Assembly: GCF_009914755.1 (NCBI RefSeq)
Contig: NC_060937.1
From: the human T2T-CHM13v2.0 reference genome, Homo sapiens
Direction: 5' to 3' (one strand)
DNA length: 64,000 nucleotides
Part shown: positions 1 through 12,516 of the stretch, one piece after another
Position numbering within the stretch: the stretch's first letter is position 1
Layout: each line of letters begins with the position of its first letter
Translations under genes and position numbers: made by a program
The notes under the pieces: generated by a model
What the model was told of the DNA's origin: nothing
Seen by the model: only the letters and a program-made list of their open reading frames with translations
Database searches by the model: none

Positions 1-19
1 TTAATCTACCTCATATTTC

Positions 20-605
20 ATAATTACTAAATCACATATCTTCCAGATGTTACTACCTAAATTTGTTCAAGTCCAATCTTCTATCATCTTCTCCTATGTT
101 CACTGCTCTATTTCAGGCAATCATCATCATTTGAACCATTCCCTGCATAAATGACCTAAATGGATCCTTATAATTTATAGGGTAAAATAAAAGCCCGATA
201 GCAAGATGTGGAAAGTCCTTCTCACCTTCTCCCTGCCCACATTTTTAGGATCATCCAAAATAGATAGTGAACTCTGCTTGTTAAACACTCTGACTTTTGC
301 ATATTGTGCCTTTTCTGTCTTGAATGCTCATGCATGTTCATGATCATGATAGATATCCACTTGTACTGTCCTCTGTATAATTCCATGTCATTACAGAAAA
401 GTTCAGTTCCTTCTCTCATGTTACAGTAGCCCCTCTTATAGACCTTATTACATTGTAAGATCCTTGTTTACATGCATTTCTCTTTCATCTACCTGACCGT
501 GACCCACTTGAAGGCAAGAGCTACCTCTTGGGCAGATTTGCATTTTCAGCAACCAGATCAAAAGCTGTTTCTTAGTGTGCTCCAATAAATGCTTATTGAT
601 TTGAT
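20..605 (+). mobile_element. L2 LINE fragments, 3' end
   Basis: Degenerate L2 3' motifs ending in gtgctccaataaatgcttattgatttgatt; boundaries approximate. Confidence 0.5.
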
Positions 606-809
606 TAGCTTCTTGATTCACATAATAGCTGTTTGCTTTATCTACATCAGCCTCTATTTTTTCATGCAAATTACCTACCTGCTCTTAAAATAATAATTTA
701 TAAGTTATTACAAATTAGCCTGAAAAAAATTGAATGATAGAACAAATGTAAGGTAAGGAAGGACAAATCAGAAAATCAGAGTGACATCACAGGCCCCCAG
801 AGTGAGTAC

Positions 810-1250
810 TCTTTTGATTATTATCATCAACTTACAGATAATAAAATTGAGACCTACATTCAATAACTTGTCCCATACCATACAGATTGAACATGGTGAA
901 GGCAAGTGTGGACCTAGAGCTCAAACTCTTTTAAAACTAAAATAAAGCAAATGAGGAGACACATTAAAGATCTTACAAAAGGCAAGTCTAGTAGACTCAT
1001 AGTACATGAGGAAGAAAGCAAAGACAAAAGTAAAAAAAAAAAAGAAAAAACTAATTTAGTGTGCTTATTCTGTAATAGGCACTTTAAATACATCAACTCA
1101 TTTACTTCTCATGCCAACAGCATAAGGTAGAAATTATTATTTTTCTTATTTTATGGATGAGACAAATAGAGGTGAAGAAACAGGCTCAAGGTCACCCAAC
1201 TAGTAAGTGATGGAGGAAAGGAGCACCAAAAATGTGACTCCACAGTGCAT
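810..1250 (-). mobile_element. Two MIR fragments (~810-930 and ~1055-1250)
   Basis: MIR core antisense motifs, e.g. attttatggatgagacaaatagaggt...caaggtcacccaactagtaagtga. Confidence 0.6.
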
Positions 1251-1834
1251 GCCAATGAATACATGAACCCAACTCAAAAACATACATTGTGCTAAATGCA
1301 AATCCTTCAGAAAGGACATGTTGTAGTTTATATTTCCAATTGTAGCTGAACTCCTATGACCATATATTAACAAACTATGTATTTTTTGAAGACTTCACAT
1401 TCCTTAGGTCATCTTCATCTGCAGTAATTACTGTGTACTGCTCCACATACCGTTTCTCCCTCTGCCCCCTCCTTTTCATCACTGGGGTGAGTGAGTTTAA
1501 TTCTAAACATGAAGAACAATGTTTAGATTTTAATGGTAAAATAGATTTTGCCAGTGTAGAATTTACAACTTTTTAACTAAATTAAAATCCCACATCTAAA
1601 AGTCTTGAGGCAAAACATCCACAAATATCCATTAATCTATGTAAGCATACTCACTACGTACCAGAGTTCTTATATATGAAAAAATACATGTACTATACAT
1701 AAACATCACACAAATGTAATAAATACAAACATGATATAGCTTAGTTTAAATATTGTCTAAATAGATGTATAACAGCAGTTTCTTTGGGACCCAATCTCAC
1801 AGTTCTCTGAGCTGTAGAACAGGTCTATACAATG

Positions 1835-2019
1835 CAATGTTCTTCACAGTGTCTTCCTTAGGTCAACTGTATCAGTATCAACTGGGAGTTTGTTAGAAAT
1901 GCAAATTTGGACTTTGTCTTAGTACGTGTAACTTAAATCTGGTGATGGAGAAAATGAACCTGAGTTTTGGCAAGCCCTCCTTATGATTCCTATCCACTTA
2001 GAAATTTGAGAAGAACTGG
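1835..2019 (+). mobile_element. MER5A (hAT-Charlie MITE)
   Basis: atcagtatcaactgggagtttgttagaaatgcaaatt...caagccctccttatgattc...tttgagaagaactg follows the MER5A consensus. Confidence 0.75.
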
Positions 2020-2403
2020 TATTGTGCTATAATCCCAGAATTTCATGACAGCACAAAACCACAAAAAACTACATATATTACTTTTAGAAGTAGGTCTAAA
2101 CAATTTTATGTATACATCTAAGAATCATGACAGAAGAAGGGGACTGGAGAGCTAGGCGCTTAATCACAGACTGCCTACCTCTTACAGAAATGCATAATCT
2201 CCTTTGGTTAAAAGAGTACCTTCTGCTGTCTTAAACTTTTCAAGGTCATTAACCTCAATGCATTAATAAAATTACCAAATTATGTTTTCATTTTGAAATA
2301 TACTTGCTTTCCATAAAATTGATAGAAATTGCTTTCCCCTAGTATTTCGGTGAGCACTGGTAGCATTTTAACAGAAAACTATGGCCTTTCCAACTTCAGA
2401 CAA

Positions 2404-2751
2404 TTTTTTTTATTATTATACTTTAAGTTCTAGGGTACATGTGCACAACGTGCAGGTTTGTTACATAGGTATACATGTGCTGTGTTGGTGTGCTGCACCC
2501 GTTAACTCATCATTTACATGAGGTATATCTCCTAATGCTATCCCTCCCCCCTCCCCCCACCCCGCGACAGGCCCCAGTGTGTGATGTTCCCCACCCTGTG
2601 TCCACGTGTTCTCATTGTTCAATTCCCACCTATGAGTGAGAACATGCGGTGTTTGGTTTTCTGTCCTTGCAATAGTTTGCTCAGAATGATGGTTTCCAGC
2701 TTCATCCATGTCCCTACAAAGGACATGAACTCATCCTTTTCTATGGCTGCA
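2404..2751 (-). mobile_element. 5'-truncated primate L1PA 3' end (L1PA4-6-like) with TSD
   Basis: Reverse-complement L1 3'UTR (ttatactttaagttctagggtacatgtgcac...); TSD TCCAACTTCAGACAATTTT at 2389-2407 and 2752-2770. Confidence 0.93.
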
Positions 2752-3682
2752 TCCAACTTCAGACAATTTTGCTTCTGTCATACCTGAAGGTTGCCCACAG
2801 AAGCAGAAGGCATTATTTTAAGAACTAGGCTAAATGAATAAAAGTTTATCTACATGTTAGAATTTTCTAGTTCAGATTATTAAATTGAATGCATTATTTA
2901 TGTCACACCCAATTAGATATTCTTTATTTTTTTTTTTTACCAATTAACTAGTTATTTTGAAACTTTTATTTTTTTAAAGAGAAAAGGAAAGGGGGAAAAG
3001 GAAAATCAGTGAAGGAGAGAAGATAATCCTCTGGGTTGAAAGAAACCCAACAAAGTACAAAATAATCCCAATTGTCATGACAGAACAAAAATGTTTTATG
3101 CAAATTATGAGGTTGGGATAAGATTGATGGTGTACAAAATCTGGGGGAGTAATGAGTGTGTGAGATTTCAGGCACTGTCATGTTGAATGGGATGAGGAGA
3201 AAGAAATTATATTCTGCTCTAATTATATCAAATTGTATTAGTTTATACTGAAATAATAATTTCAATGCTTTGAAAGAGTAATATTTTGATCTGTCTATGA
3301 AATTTTATCTATTAGTTATAACTGAAGAAAATAGATTTGGGTTGCCAAAATTTAGACAGTGTTTGAAGCACAATTTCATTAGAAATAGAAAGGATTAGAA
3401 ACTAGAGCAGTTACTGTGAATAATTTTGAGACATCATTCTACTTAGTAGATGCAAGGGAATTGGGTGATAACTTCTACTTATAAAAACTTGTTTTGTGAT
3501 TAAAGGCTATGCATTTATTTATGTATTTTTATCCCTATATATCTATCAATAAAACCATGAGCTGATGAATACGACATCCGGAAAAAGCTCTAGGTAACTT
3601 TATTAATAAAATTAATATCAGTTGAAAGTATATCATTAATAATCAGAACATATGCTTTACCAACAACATAAATAATAGTTAC

Positions 3683-3822
3683 CTTTACAAATGCAACAAT
3701 TTTCAAGGAGATTGTTGCTAAATATAAGGAGTTCATTACAAAGTCCATTAGATTCCACCAATCATGGATGTAGTCCTGAAGTCCGCCATCCCACATCTGT
3801 TTAATTTCTCCCCATATGAAGC
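3683..3822 (-). CDS. TRPC4: TRPC4 internal coding exon, 140 nt (probably exon 5)
   Basis: Translates (G)[46 protein letters not shown]. Acceptor ataattgcag|GC completes the split Gly codon G|GC from the previous exon; donor AAG|gtaact (phase 0). Confidence 0.97.
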
Positions 3823-4619
3823 CTGCAATTATAGAAAGATTCATTGTAAGTATGATTTCAATAGAATCACTAAAAAAGCAATATACAATTTAACAATTAT
3901 AGATCTCGAAGCTACAAGAGACCACATTGTTACACTAAATGCAACATCTATTTTTTACAGGTAATAACACTGGGTCCCAGCCATACTTTAAGACTTTCAG
4001 ATACTAAGCTAATTCTGGAAGATGTTGTTAGGACAGCCTCACTTTCTTTTATCCATTCGATAAATTCATAAGGATAAGTAGTTTTTAAATTATACTGTAG
4101 CTCCTTTATAACTATATATTTCCCTTGGAAAATAACATTTTCTTAAAAGCAAATGTCTTGACATATATTTTTCTCCCAAGTCAAAATTACTCAAAGATCA
4201 TGAAAATCAGTGTATCTAGCAATCATAACTGGTTTCAGACAATTAGTGGAGTATCTTGTTGTGTTTCTTTAAGCAGTTAGTGCCTTCAGAGACCGGACTT
4301 CAATCTTGAGAAATGATGGTTATAGCATTCATGATAATTCATTAAAATACTTTATATCCAGAAAAAATGTATTTTTAATTTTTAATAGGAAATGCTTTAT
4401 TTTCAAATTCTATGAAGTACTTACAAAATATTAGTGTAGGTTATTATTTTATTTCCATTATCTTATTAAAATTTTATAATTTCGTATTTAGAGCCTAATG
4501 ATGAGAGAGATGTCAAAATATCTAGATTCAGTAAATATTAAAAGGGTAAATATGATGTCATAACTACATTAACACAAGCAAACAGTGAGAATTTTTTAGG
4601 ATAATACTCTGAAACATGA

Positions 4620-7600
4620 AATTTAGAGTTGAAGATCTTCCTAGGATGTAGAAAGTTGGACAAGTATTATCCCTACACTGACTCAAGAAAAAGTGAAATT
4701 AACTATAAAAATCATAATTTTCCAAGCATGCATCAGAGAGACGAGAAATCAAGGAATCTAAACTTTAAAATATATGCACGTTCCTCTAAAGCAACCATGT
4801 TGTGAGACTTAGCTCACCTGCGGCAGAGTATGCAAGGAAGAGACACTGGCACCATCCAAGAGACTCGGCTGACTGTGAGGTAGCAGGAGAGACTAGAATC
4901 CCTGGGAGCCACAGTTACAAGGAAAATTTCTACCCTCTTGCATGCTCTTCTTCATGGACCCTATCCACAGCTCAAGAGAAATATTATAGTTCAAGCCTGG
5001 GGAGAAAAGAGGCTGCTTCTGTGGGAGAGGCACAGTGTCCTCTACAGGCTCCTCTCACCTAAGGAGCAAAACACTTTAGCCTTGTGGAAGAGACAGAAAG
5101 CACTCCTGAGCCTCAGGTTTACAGCAATACCATTAGAGCAGGGACAGGAAAAACTTTCCTGTACATAAGCTGCCATGTTTGCCATGAAAAGGAGGGCATC
5201 GATCATGGAGAAAGTTCCATCCCTAGCAGTCAGATATAGGCCTGCCTAAGTCTGACCCTGGATGAGGACATCAGAGAGTTTTCCTGCCCTCCATCACGAG
5301 GCCAACAAACACCAGGGAACAATCAGCAATTGACAACCACTGGAGGAAGGGCCTCTGAGGCATAGATGTACAGGGAAGATCAAAAGCTGTAGGTGGAGAA
5401 GGAACACTGAGAATAATCTTCTTTTCCACCCTAAGCTGTGGCATATGATGCACTGAAACTGACGGTGGCAACAACAAAACCCAAACCCAACTCAGCTCCT
5501 GACTTATTGCCTCAAACCTCTACACTAATTTAGAAGAGAAGAGGCATGTACACTTTCAGGCATAAAGGCTGTGTACGTCTGTGGCTAGTCTTCTGCATAG
5601 GTGGAATGAATAACTTTCCAAAACACACGTACACATACGTACCCACACACACCAAACCGTGATGCATCATATTCAAACCGTCAAAAACAAAAGATAAAGA
5701 AAAAATACCGAAAGCAGCCAAGAAAAAAAAAAAAGGAAAAAAGAGAGACATTTTGCATACAAAGGAAGAAAAGTAAGACTGACAGCAAACTTCTGGGTGT
5801 AAAAAATATATACAAGGCAATGGAGTAACATCTTTTTTTTTTTTTAGTTGGAGTCTCACTTTGTTGCCAGGCTGGAGTGCAGTAGCGCGATCTCCGCCCA
5901 CTACAATCTCCGCCTCCTGGGTTAAAGCGATTTCCCTGCCTCAGCCTCCCTAGTAGCTGGGACTACAGGCACGCACTACCCGATCCGGCTAATTTTTTGT
6001 ATTTTAGTAGAGACGGGGTGTCATCATGTTGGCCAGGATGGTCTCGATCTCCTAACCTCGTGATCCGCCCGCCTCGGCCTCCCAAAGTGCTGGGATTACA
6101 GGCAGGAGCCACCGCGCCCGGCCTGGAGTAACATCTTTAAAGTGCTGAAAGAAAAAGAATAAGAGTTAACCCAGGATTCTATATACAACACAAATAGCTC
6201 TAAGAAATACTTACTAAAGACTTTTTCTTCAATCAAAATCTGAGACGATTTATTCCTGTCAGATCTACACTAAAAGACATACTAAAAGGATATTTTTAAG
6301 GCAGAAGGTGTATAATATTGGACAGAAAGTTAGATTTATTTTTAAAAATGAAGATTTATGTCCAGAAATGTGTGTGTGTATATATATATGTTATACATAT
6401 AAAATACATATATTTATTTTTATTTAAAAGTTTTCTAACATATAATTGACTGCCTAAGTAAAAACTGTAGCAATATATTGTAATTGTCAACATAGGTAAA
6501 AGTAAAAGGTATAATGACATTAGCACAGAAGATGAGAATTACAAGCCTCCCGTCATAAGGTTCTTATACTACACATAAAGCAGAATAATATTTTTGAAGT
6601 TAGAATGTAATAAATTAATATTTTATATTGTAAATACTATGGCATCCTTTTAAATATTTTAAAATATATGAGTAGAGAGCTATACATGTAAATAATTAGG
6701 GTTATACAAATATTTAATCCAATAACAGGCATAAAAGGAAAAACGCAATGAAGAACAGATAGCAATGGGGGTAGGTTTCCAGTTTACCCATATCATAATT
6801 ATACTCAATGAAATGTATGATCTAAACACACTAATGAAAATAAAGAGATGATCATATACGAAAAAAGTACAGGCACAACTCTATCACAATTCATCCATAG
6901 AAGTAAAGGAAAAATAAAAATATAACATAAAACAATAATGAAAAGAAAGCTCCCGTGGCTACATTAATATAAAAGTAGATGTATTTCAGAAGAAGCAATG
7001 TTACGAGGTATATAGAGGGATATAACATAAAGATAAAAAGGCGAATTTGCTGAGAAGATATAAAAATTCTATGTGTGCTTGCAGTTAACAAAAGAACCCT
7101 ATAATACAAGATGCCATAACTATTAAAACTGAAACAAGAAACAAAGAAAAGTAGAATTATAAGTGGAGGTTTCAGCATTCCTCTCTCTGTAACCAACAGA
7201 ACCAGTAGACAGAAATTTAGTAATGATATAGAAGACCTGAACAACACTATCAACAACATGAGAACAGCAGAATACACATTTCTTGCTTGTGCACATGGAA
7301 CATTCACCAAGATAGACCATAGTGTGGACCATGAAACAAACCTCAGCACATTTATTTAGGTTGAAATCATACTAAGTAAGTTCTATGACTACAACACAAA
7401 TAAACAACCAATCAATAATTAAATGTACCTAGAAAATCCCCAAATATTTTTCAACTAAACAATACAGTTCTATTATCTTTCGGCTCAAATAGGAATACAT
7501 GAGAAGAGTTAAAAATATTTTGAAATGATTGAAAATGAAGATACAACCAAAAACTCTTTGTGAGGCATCTAGAGTAGTGCTTAGAGGAAATATACAGCTC

Positions 7601-8545
7601 TGAATGCTTTATCAAAAAAGAATGAGGGGTTCATCTCAGTGATTTCACCTTCAATTAAGACAGTATAAAAAGAAGAGCAAGTTTAAACCAAAACAAGCAG
7701 AAAGAAGAAAATAACAAACGTAACAAAAATCAATAAAATCTGAAACATAAAATGAAAGATAAATCAATGAAAACAAAATCTAGTTTTCTTAAGTGGTCAA
7801 TAAAATTGATAAAACGCTAGCCAGAATGATTAACAAAAAAAGATGATATAAATAATCAATATCAGAAATTAAAGAAGGAACATCAATATAGATCTTATAG
7901 ATATTATAAGAATAATAAGCAACTAGAATGAATACCTGGATGCTCATACATTTCACAACTTAAATGAGCTTTTTTCCCTGAGACATAAACTTTAAAACTC
8001 ACTCAAGAGGACATAAAGCAACCTGAATAGTCCTATAGTTATTAAAGGAAATGAACTGGTAGTTAATATCCTTCCAACAACAAAAAAATTCAGGTCCAGT
8101 TGATTTCATGGTGCATTCACCCAAACATTTCAAGAAAAAATAATACTAGTGCTAATCAAACTCTTGCAAAGATAACAACAGTAAGAAACATTTAAGAGGC
8201 AAGTATTACACTGATAAACAATCAGACAAAACTCTTTAAAACTACACACCAATAGCCCTTATAAATATGCACAAAAATCCTCAATAAATAGTAGTGAATA
8301 AAAGTTAGCAATATATAAAAATAATAATAAATCATGGCCAAGTAATGTTTTTCCAGGTAATGAAAGGTTGTTTCAATATTTAAAAATCAATCAGCATAAT
8401 TTATCCCATCAACAGCTTTTTGAAAAAATGTGATCATTTCAATAGATGCAGTATAAACATTTGACAAAATTTAACATGCATTCATGATAAAAACTTTCAG
8501 TAAAGTGTGAATAAAAGGGAAATTTATTAATTTGATCAAGGGCAT
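4620..8545 (+). mobile_element. Old degenerate L1M (5' region, ORF1 and start of ORF2), interrupted by an Alu
   Basis: A-rich L1 ORF2-like stretches (gcacatggaacattcaccaagatagaccat; tcatttcaatagatgcag...atttgacaaaatttaacatgcattcatgataaaaac); no intact ORF. 5' limit uncertain. Confidence 0.8.
5833..6123 (-). mobile_element. AluSc-like SINE with TSD
   Basis: Full dimeric Alu; TSD TGGAGTAACATCTTT at 5821-5835 and 6124-6138; ccaggatggtctcgatctc and tgttgccaggctgg diagnostics. Confidence 0.92.
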
Positions 8546-8562
8546 TTATAAAAATTTATAAC

Positions 8563-8693
8563 TACTTTTCTGTAAAGGGCCAGAGAACAAATAATTTAGG
8601 CTTTGCAATAAATGGGCATGAATGTGTTCCAATGAAACTATTAAAAAAACTGGCAAACAATCTGATATCAGGGCCGTAGTTTGCTGCCTCCTG
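8563..8693 (-). mobile_element. MER58A (hAT-Charlie), internally deleted
   Basis: ttttctgtaaagggccagagaacaaataatttaggctttgc...gtgttccaatgaaact...gggccgtagtttgctgcctcctg. Confidence 0.8.
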
Positions 8694-9621
8694 TGGTGGT
8701 TATTACATGACTGTATGCGTTTTAACATTTTATATCTCTGCACTCAACTCCAAAAAGTTAGTGTTATAACTTAATTTGAATGTAGCCAAAATTACAAAAT
8801 TGATATTGAGGAATGAATACAGTGATAGAAAAAATAATTAAAAATATTATGGTAATACATTGATTACAGGTAATATATGAGTAACTATAAATTTTTTACA
8901 TTTTCTGTATGTTTGAAATTTTTCATAATAAAATGTTGAATGAAATAAAAGCATAGTAGACATGATGGTCTATCATTAATTAGTGAAAATAAACAATGAC
9001 TATTTAAAATTATTGATAAAGTTTTGTTTTTATATTTTGTTATATTCAAATTTATAACTCACATGAGAGCTGATTTCAGATAAATTAATTATAGTGTATT
9101 TTTAAAGTTGGCTGTAGACAACTGCTTTATTCTAAATTCGGCATTTACATCCTAGTTTCCCGTTTTAGTCATCTTTCATAAATAAATCTCTCATGAGAGG
9201 TCAGATAGAATTGGGACATAATTGGGAAAATGATAATAATATTTACTACCTCCATATTGGAGAAAGGAGTATATCAGAACTAAGTAAGATATGATGCCTG
9301 CACTGCATTTTAGAGCTGGTGGGAAACTTAGAATTTAAAATATCCAGTGCGAAAAAATGCTTGGCACACATTTTTTTCCATACCTATGGTGCTTTCTCCT
9401 ACTAACCTGGCTACAGACGCAGAATTCAATAGACAACCACAGCCTGCATGAGAAAACTAAGGCCCAAAGAGGCAGCGTAAACAAGAATGTGATGCCACCA
9501 GTTAATGAAGAAAGCACGACTGGATCAGAATCTCCTAAATGCAGTGCACTTGGACAACATTTTCTTATTCCTGAGAGTTTACAAGGCACAGAGTTATGTG
9601 CTTCAGAGGACAGAATGAGGA

Positions 9622-10559
9622 CTTTGGGAAGGAGGTATAAAGAAGAAGTTATGAGCTTGGTACAATGTTGCTTATTTGTTTTGTCTTGCTTGACACTGCC
9701 AATTCCCAGATATTAGATATGTGCATGCAATCATTGATTTAGCAAATGCATTTCAAGTTAATTTTTCACCAGAAGGCATAGTGATAAGAGCTAGTCTACG
9801 TTAGGTGATCAAGCGGCCAGGCTCAACTCAACGAGCAATCAGCTTTAGAATCTTAGCTTAGCCTCTCTAGGTTTCCGTTCACTTCAAAAAACAGAGGTTT
9901 GGATTACATGGCTTTTACAAAGTATGATTTTATCCTAACTGCATAAATTGCCAACGATTGCTTCTTCCTATTAGGATTGTGACAATTTTACCAAAAGCAG
10001 TCATCACAATCGCTGCCATGAGAGATGAAAAACTGCCCTGTACAAGAGGGCACAGACTTGCTCTGGTCTGCCCCACAAAGCAGAAATTGGATCTTTGATA
10101 AGAAAAGCATAGAAAGGCAGCTTCTTGCCAAATGTAAGGAAGAATATTCTGGCAATTAGAGTTGCTCTAAAACTGGAATGGATTACCCTGTGACATAGAG
10201 ATTCCAATCCAGAGGCTGTCTTTAAGCCAGAGAAATTCTAGCAGCGAGTGGAGACTGATCTACGTAATCTTTAAAGTTCATTCCAACTTAATGAATTTAT
10301 AATTCGGTTGCTTTCAGATTTGTATGTATCATGAAATAAAATATATTTTAAAGTACTTGCTAACCAGAGCATTTATATTTCATTATGTCTGACAGATAAA
10401 CTTTATTATCTTTATACCTGCTGCTACTAAACTGGAAAGTCAAATGTGATTATTAACAGTCATCGAAATAGCGAAATTCAAATATTTTGTGAGGATTTAC
10501 ATAAAGGAAGAAAGGCTTTGGGAAGGAGGTATAAAGAAGAAGTTATGAGCTCAGTACAA
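9622..10559. repeat. Dispersed direct repeat: 36 bp exact (44 bp with 2 mismatches) at 9622-9665 and 10516-10559
   Basis: CTTTGGGAAGGAGGTATAAAGAAGAAGTTATGAGCT is present twice, followed by TGGTACAA or CAGTACAA. Confidence 0.95.
10060..10295 (+). mobile_element. L3/CR1 LINE 3' fragment
   Basis: aaatgtaaggaagaatattctggcaattagagttgctctaaaactggaatggattaccc...tctttaaagttcattccaact resembles the L3 3' end. Confidence 0.65.
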
Positions 10560-12189
10560 GTCAACATTTTATTTCGACTTCCTTCATAGCTGAGCAGACT
10601 CTGTTCTCGTCCGATGGGTTAAAGGAGATGAAACTTCAACTGTAAGTTTAGACTAGATGACCTCTAAGCAAAACTCACAATGCTGATATATTACAATTCC
10701 TCTGGAGATCAAGGAGGAGACATTAAATCTGATTTTCTTGACCACCCAAAATCTTACTTCACTTCTGACCTTTGAAAGGCACAAATGTGTGGGAAAAACA
10801 GAGATCCTGATAAAACTGGAAACTCATGCCATCATTTTGTTTAAACTTGAGCTATAGATAAGATTGCCAATCAATGTCTGTTGGCTAATGTGGTAATGTG
10901 TTGGTATCTTTTTTTTTTGTTATTGTTCCAGATTGAATATCACTTTTTATAGTTCTAGTCACCACATACCTGTCAGATGACTGTGGATTTATGTTTGTTA
11001 TAAGCATGGTAGCGAAATGGCCAGTTTCATTTATTCTGGCAACATTTACTGAATTTTTGAAGAAACAAGCCTTTAGAAAAACCAGAGGGTGCTATTAACT
11101 AAATAAAAAACGAATTCAGCTAGTAAATTATCCATGGTAACTAAAAAGCCTGAAGAGAACAAAGATTAAGACAGCTTCTGTCACAAAATGTTTATCCTGT
11201 TCCCGCAATGGGAACATTTCGAAATTGCTCTTTGCTGTTTATAAACAGAAGACATGATTTCTCAGAGTCGTGATGGAGGCCTAATTACAAGCATTGATGT
11301 CAAGACTGTGGGGACCAACAAAGGAAAGATCACAGTGCAAATGAGTCAGAGAACTTCCTTTTAAAAATATTTGTAGATGTCTGGAAGTTTTTACTATTTT
11401 TTTCTACCTTTCCCATAACAGTTTTCACTCAGGGCTATTTGAATGTTCTATTATGTCCTGCGAAGCTGGCTGTGAGGATGTGATGGGGTAGGCAATGCTC
11501 AGATGCCACATTTAACAGCACCAATTACATGTGACAAATGTGTAACTCTGCAAATAGATCTCCTGTCATTCCCTTTCTTACTGTCCGTACTTACACCAAT
11601 AGTAAACAACCCCAAACAAAAAGCAAGTCACCTTTTCACCTATGGCAACCTCCAGGGGTCTCTTATTTAAGCCGCAAAGCTGTCGGGGGCCTGACCTTGG
11701 AAGTCTCTTCACAGAACACTGAGCTTTATGTTGTGGTATCAAATCAATGAAGATAAAAGAACACAAAAATTTCCTCCCTGCTGGAGTTTTGTATTGTTTT
11801 GTTTTTTGATTTTCAAATCAGGGAATATAAAAGTAGTCTCTCATCAAAAATCTGCTTCTGTTCAAAGATAAATTTAAAGGAAGTCTTTTATTCAGTAGAA
11901 ACCCACTTGTTCTGGACCTCTAAGAGGCACTCAGTTAAGGGGCAGCTCCTGTTCTCAGCAGTATACTTAAAACTCAAACAAAGATGAGGACAAGGACCCC
12001 AAGCATCCATGTTCTGAAAAGAGTTTACAGAAAATTGTAGCCAAACTTTTCCTTCCAGGGCCTACTAGGAGGCATCAGGACCCTATCTGTTCCCAACCAC
12101 CTAGCCCTCTCCTTCCGTAATCTGTAACAGAGGTAGACCTGGGGAGACAGATAGCGAGAGAGCCATGAGGTCAGGGAGTGCAAGGTTTC

Positions 12190-12516
12190 TGTTTTGTTTT
12201 TGTCGTTGTTGTTATTTTTTAGAGACAGAGTCTCACCCTGTTTCCCAGGCTGCAGTGTAGTGGTGCATTATATCTCACTGCATCCTCAAACTCCTGAGCT
12301 CATGCAATGCTCCCACCTCAGCCTCCTGGGTAGAGGAGCAAGGACTAGAGGCACATGTTACCATGCCCAGCTATCTTTTTTTTTTTTTTTTTTTTTTGGT
12401 AGAAAAGAAATCTCTCTATGTTGGCCAGGCTGGTCTTGAACTCCTGGCATCAAGCAATCTCCCCACCTTGGCCTTCCAAGGAGGGAGCTTGGATTACAGG
12501 CGTCGGCAGCCCAGCC
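12190..12516 (-). mobile_element. AluJ SINE with expanded middle T-run
   Basis: Diverged dimeric Alu with J-type ctcactgcatcctcaaactcctgagctcatgcaat; long T-run at about 12376-12397. Confidence 0.88.

Noticed and set aside
3590-3844. 84-aa ORF as a stand-alone gene (likewise the 114-aa ORF at 21362-21706)
   Set aside because: These are TRPC4 exons read through into intron; similarity starts and stops at the splice sites.
6891-7349. 152-aa hydrophobic ORF
   Set aside because: It is the antisense reading of a decayed, A-rich L1 ORF2.
9622-10551. 36-bp repeat as a CRISPR-like array
   Set aside because: Only two copies 894 bp apart, no regular spacers, no cas genes, and a eukaryotic intron context.
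11198-11216. 7-bp hairpin TGTTCCC/GGGAACA (and CTAGGTC/GACCTAG at 63148-63166)
   Set aside because: Isolated stems of this length are expected by chance in 64 kb.
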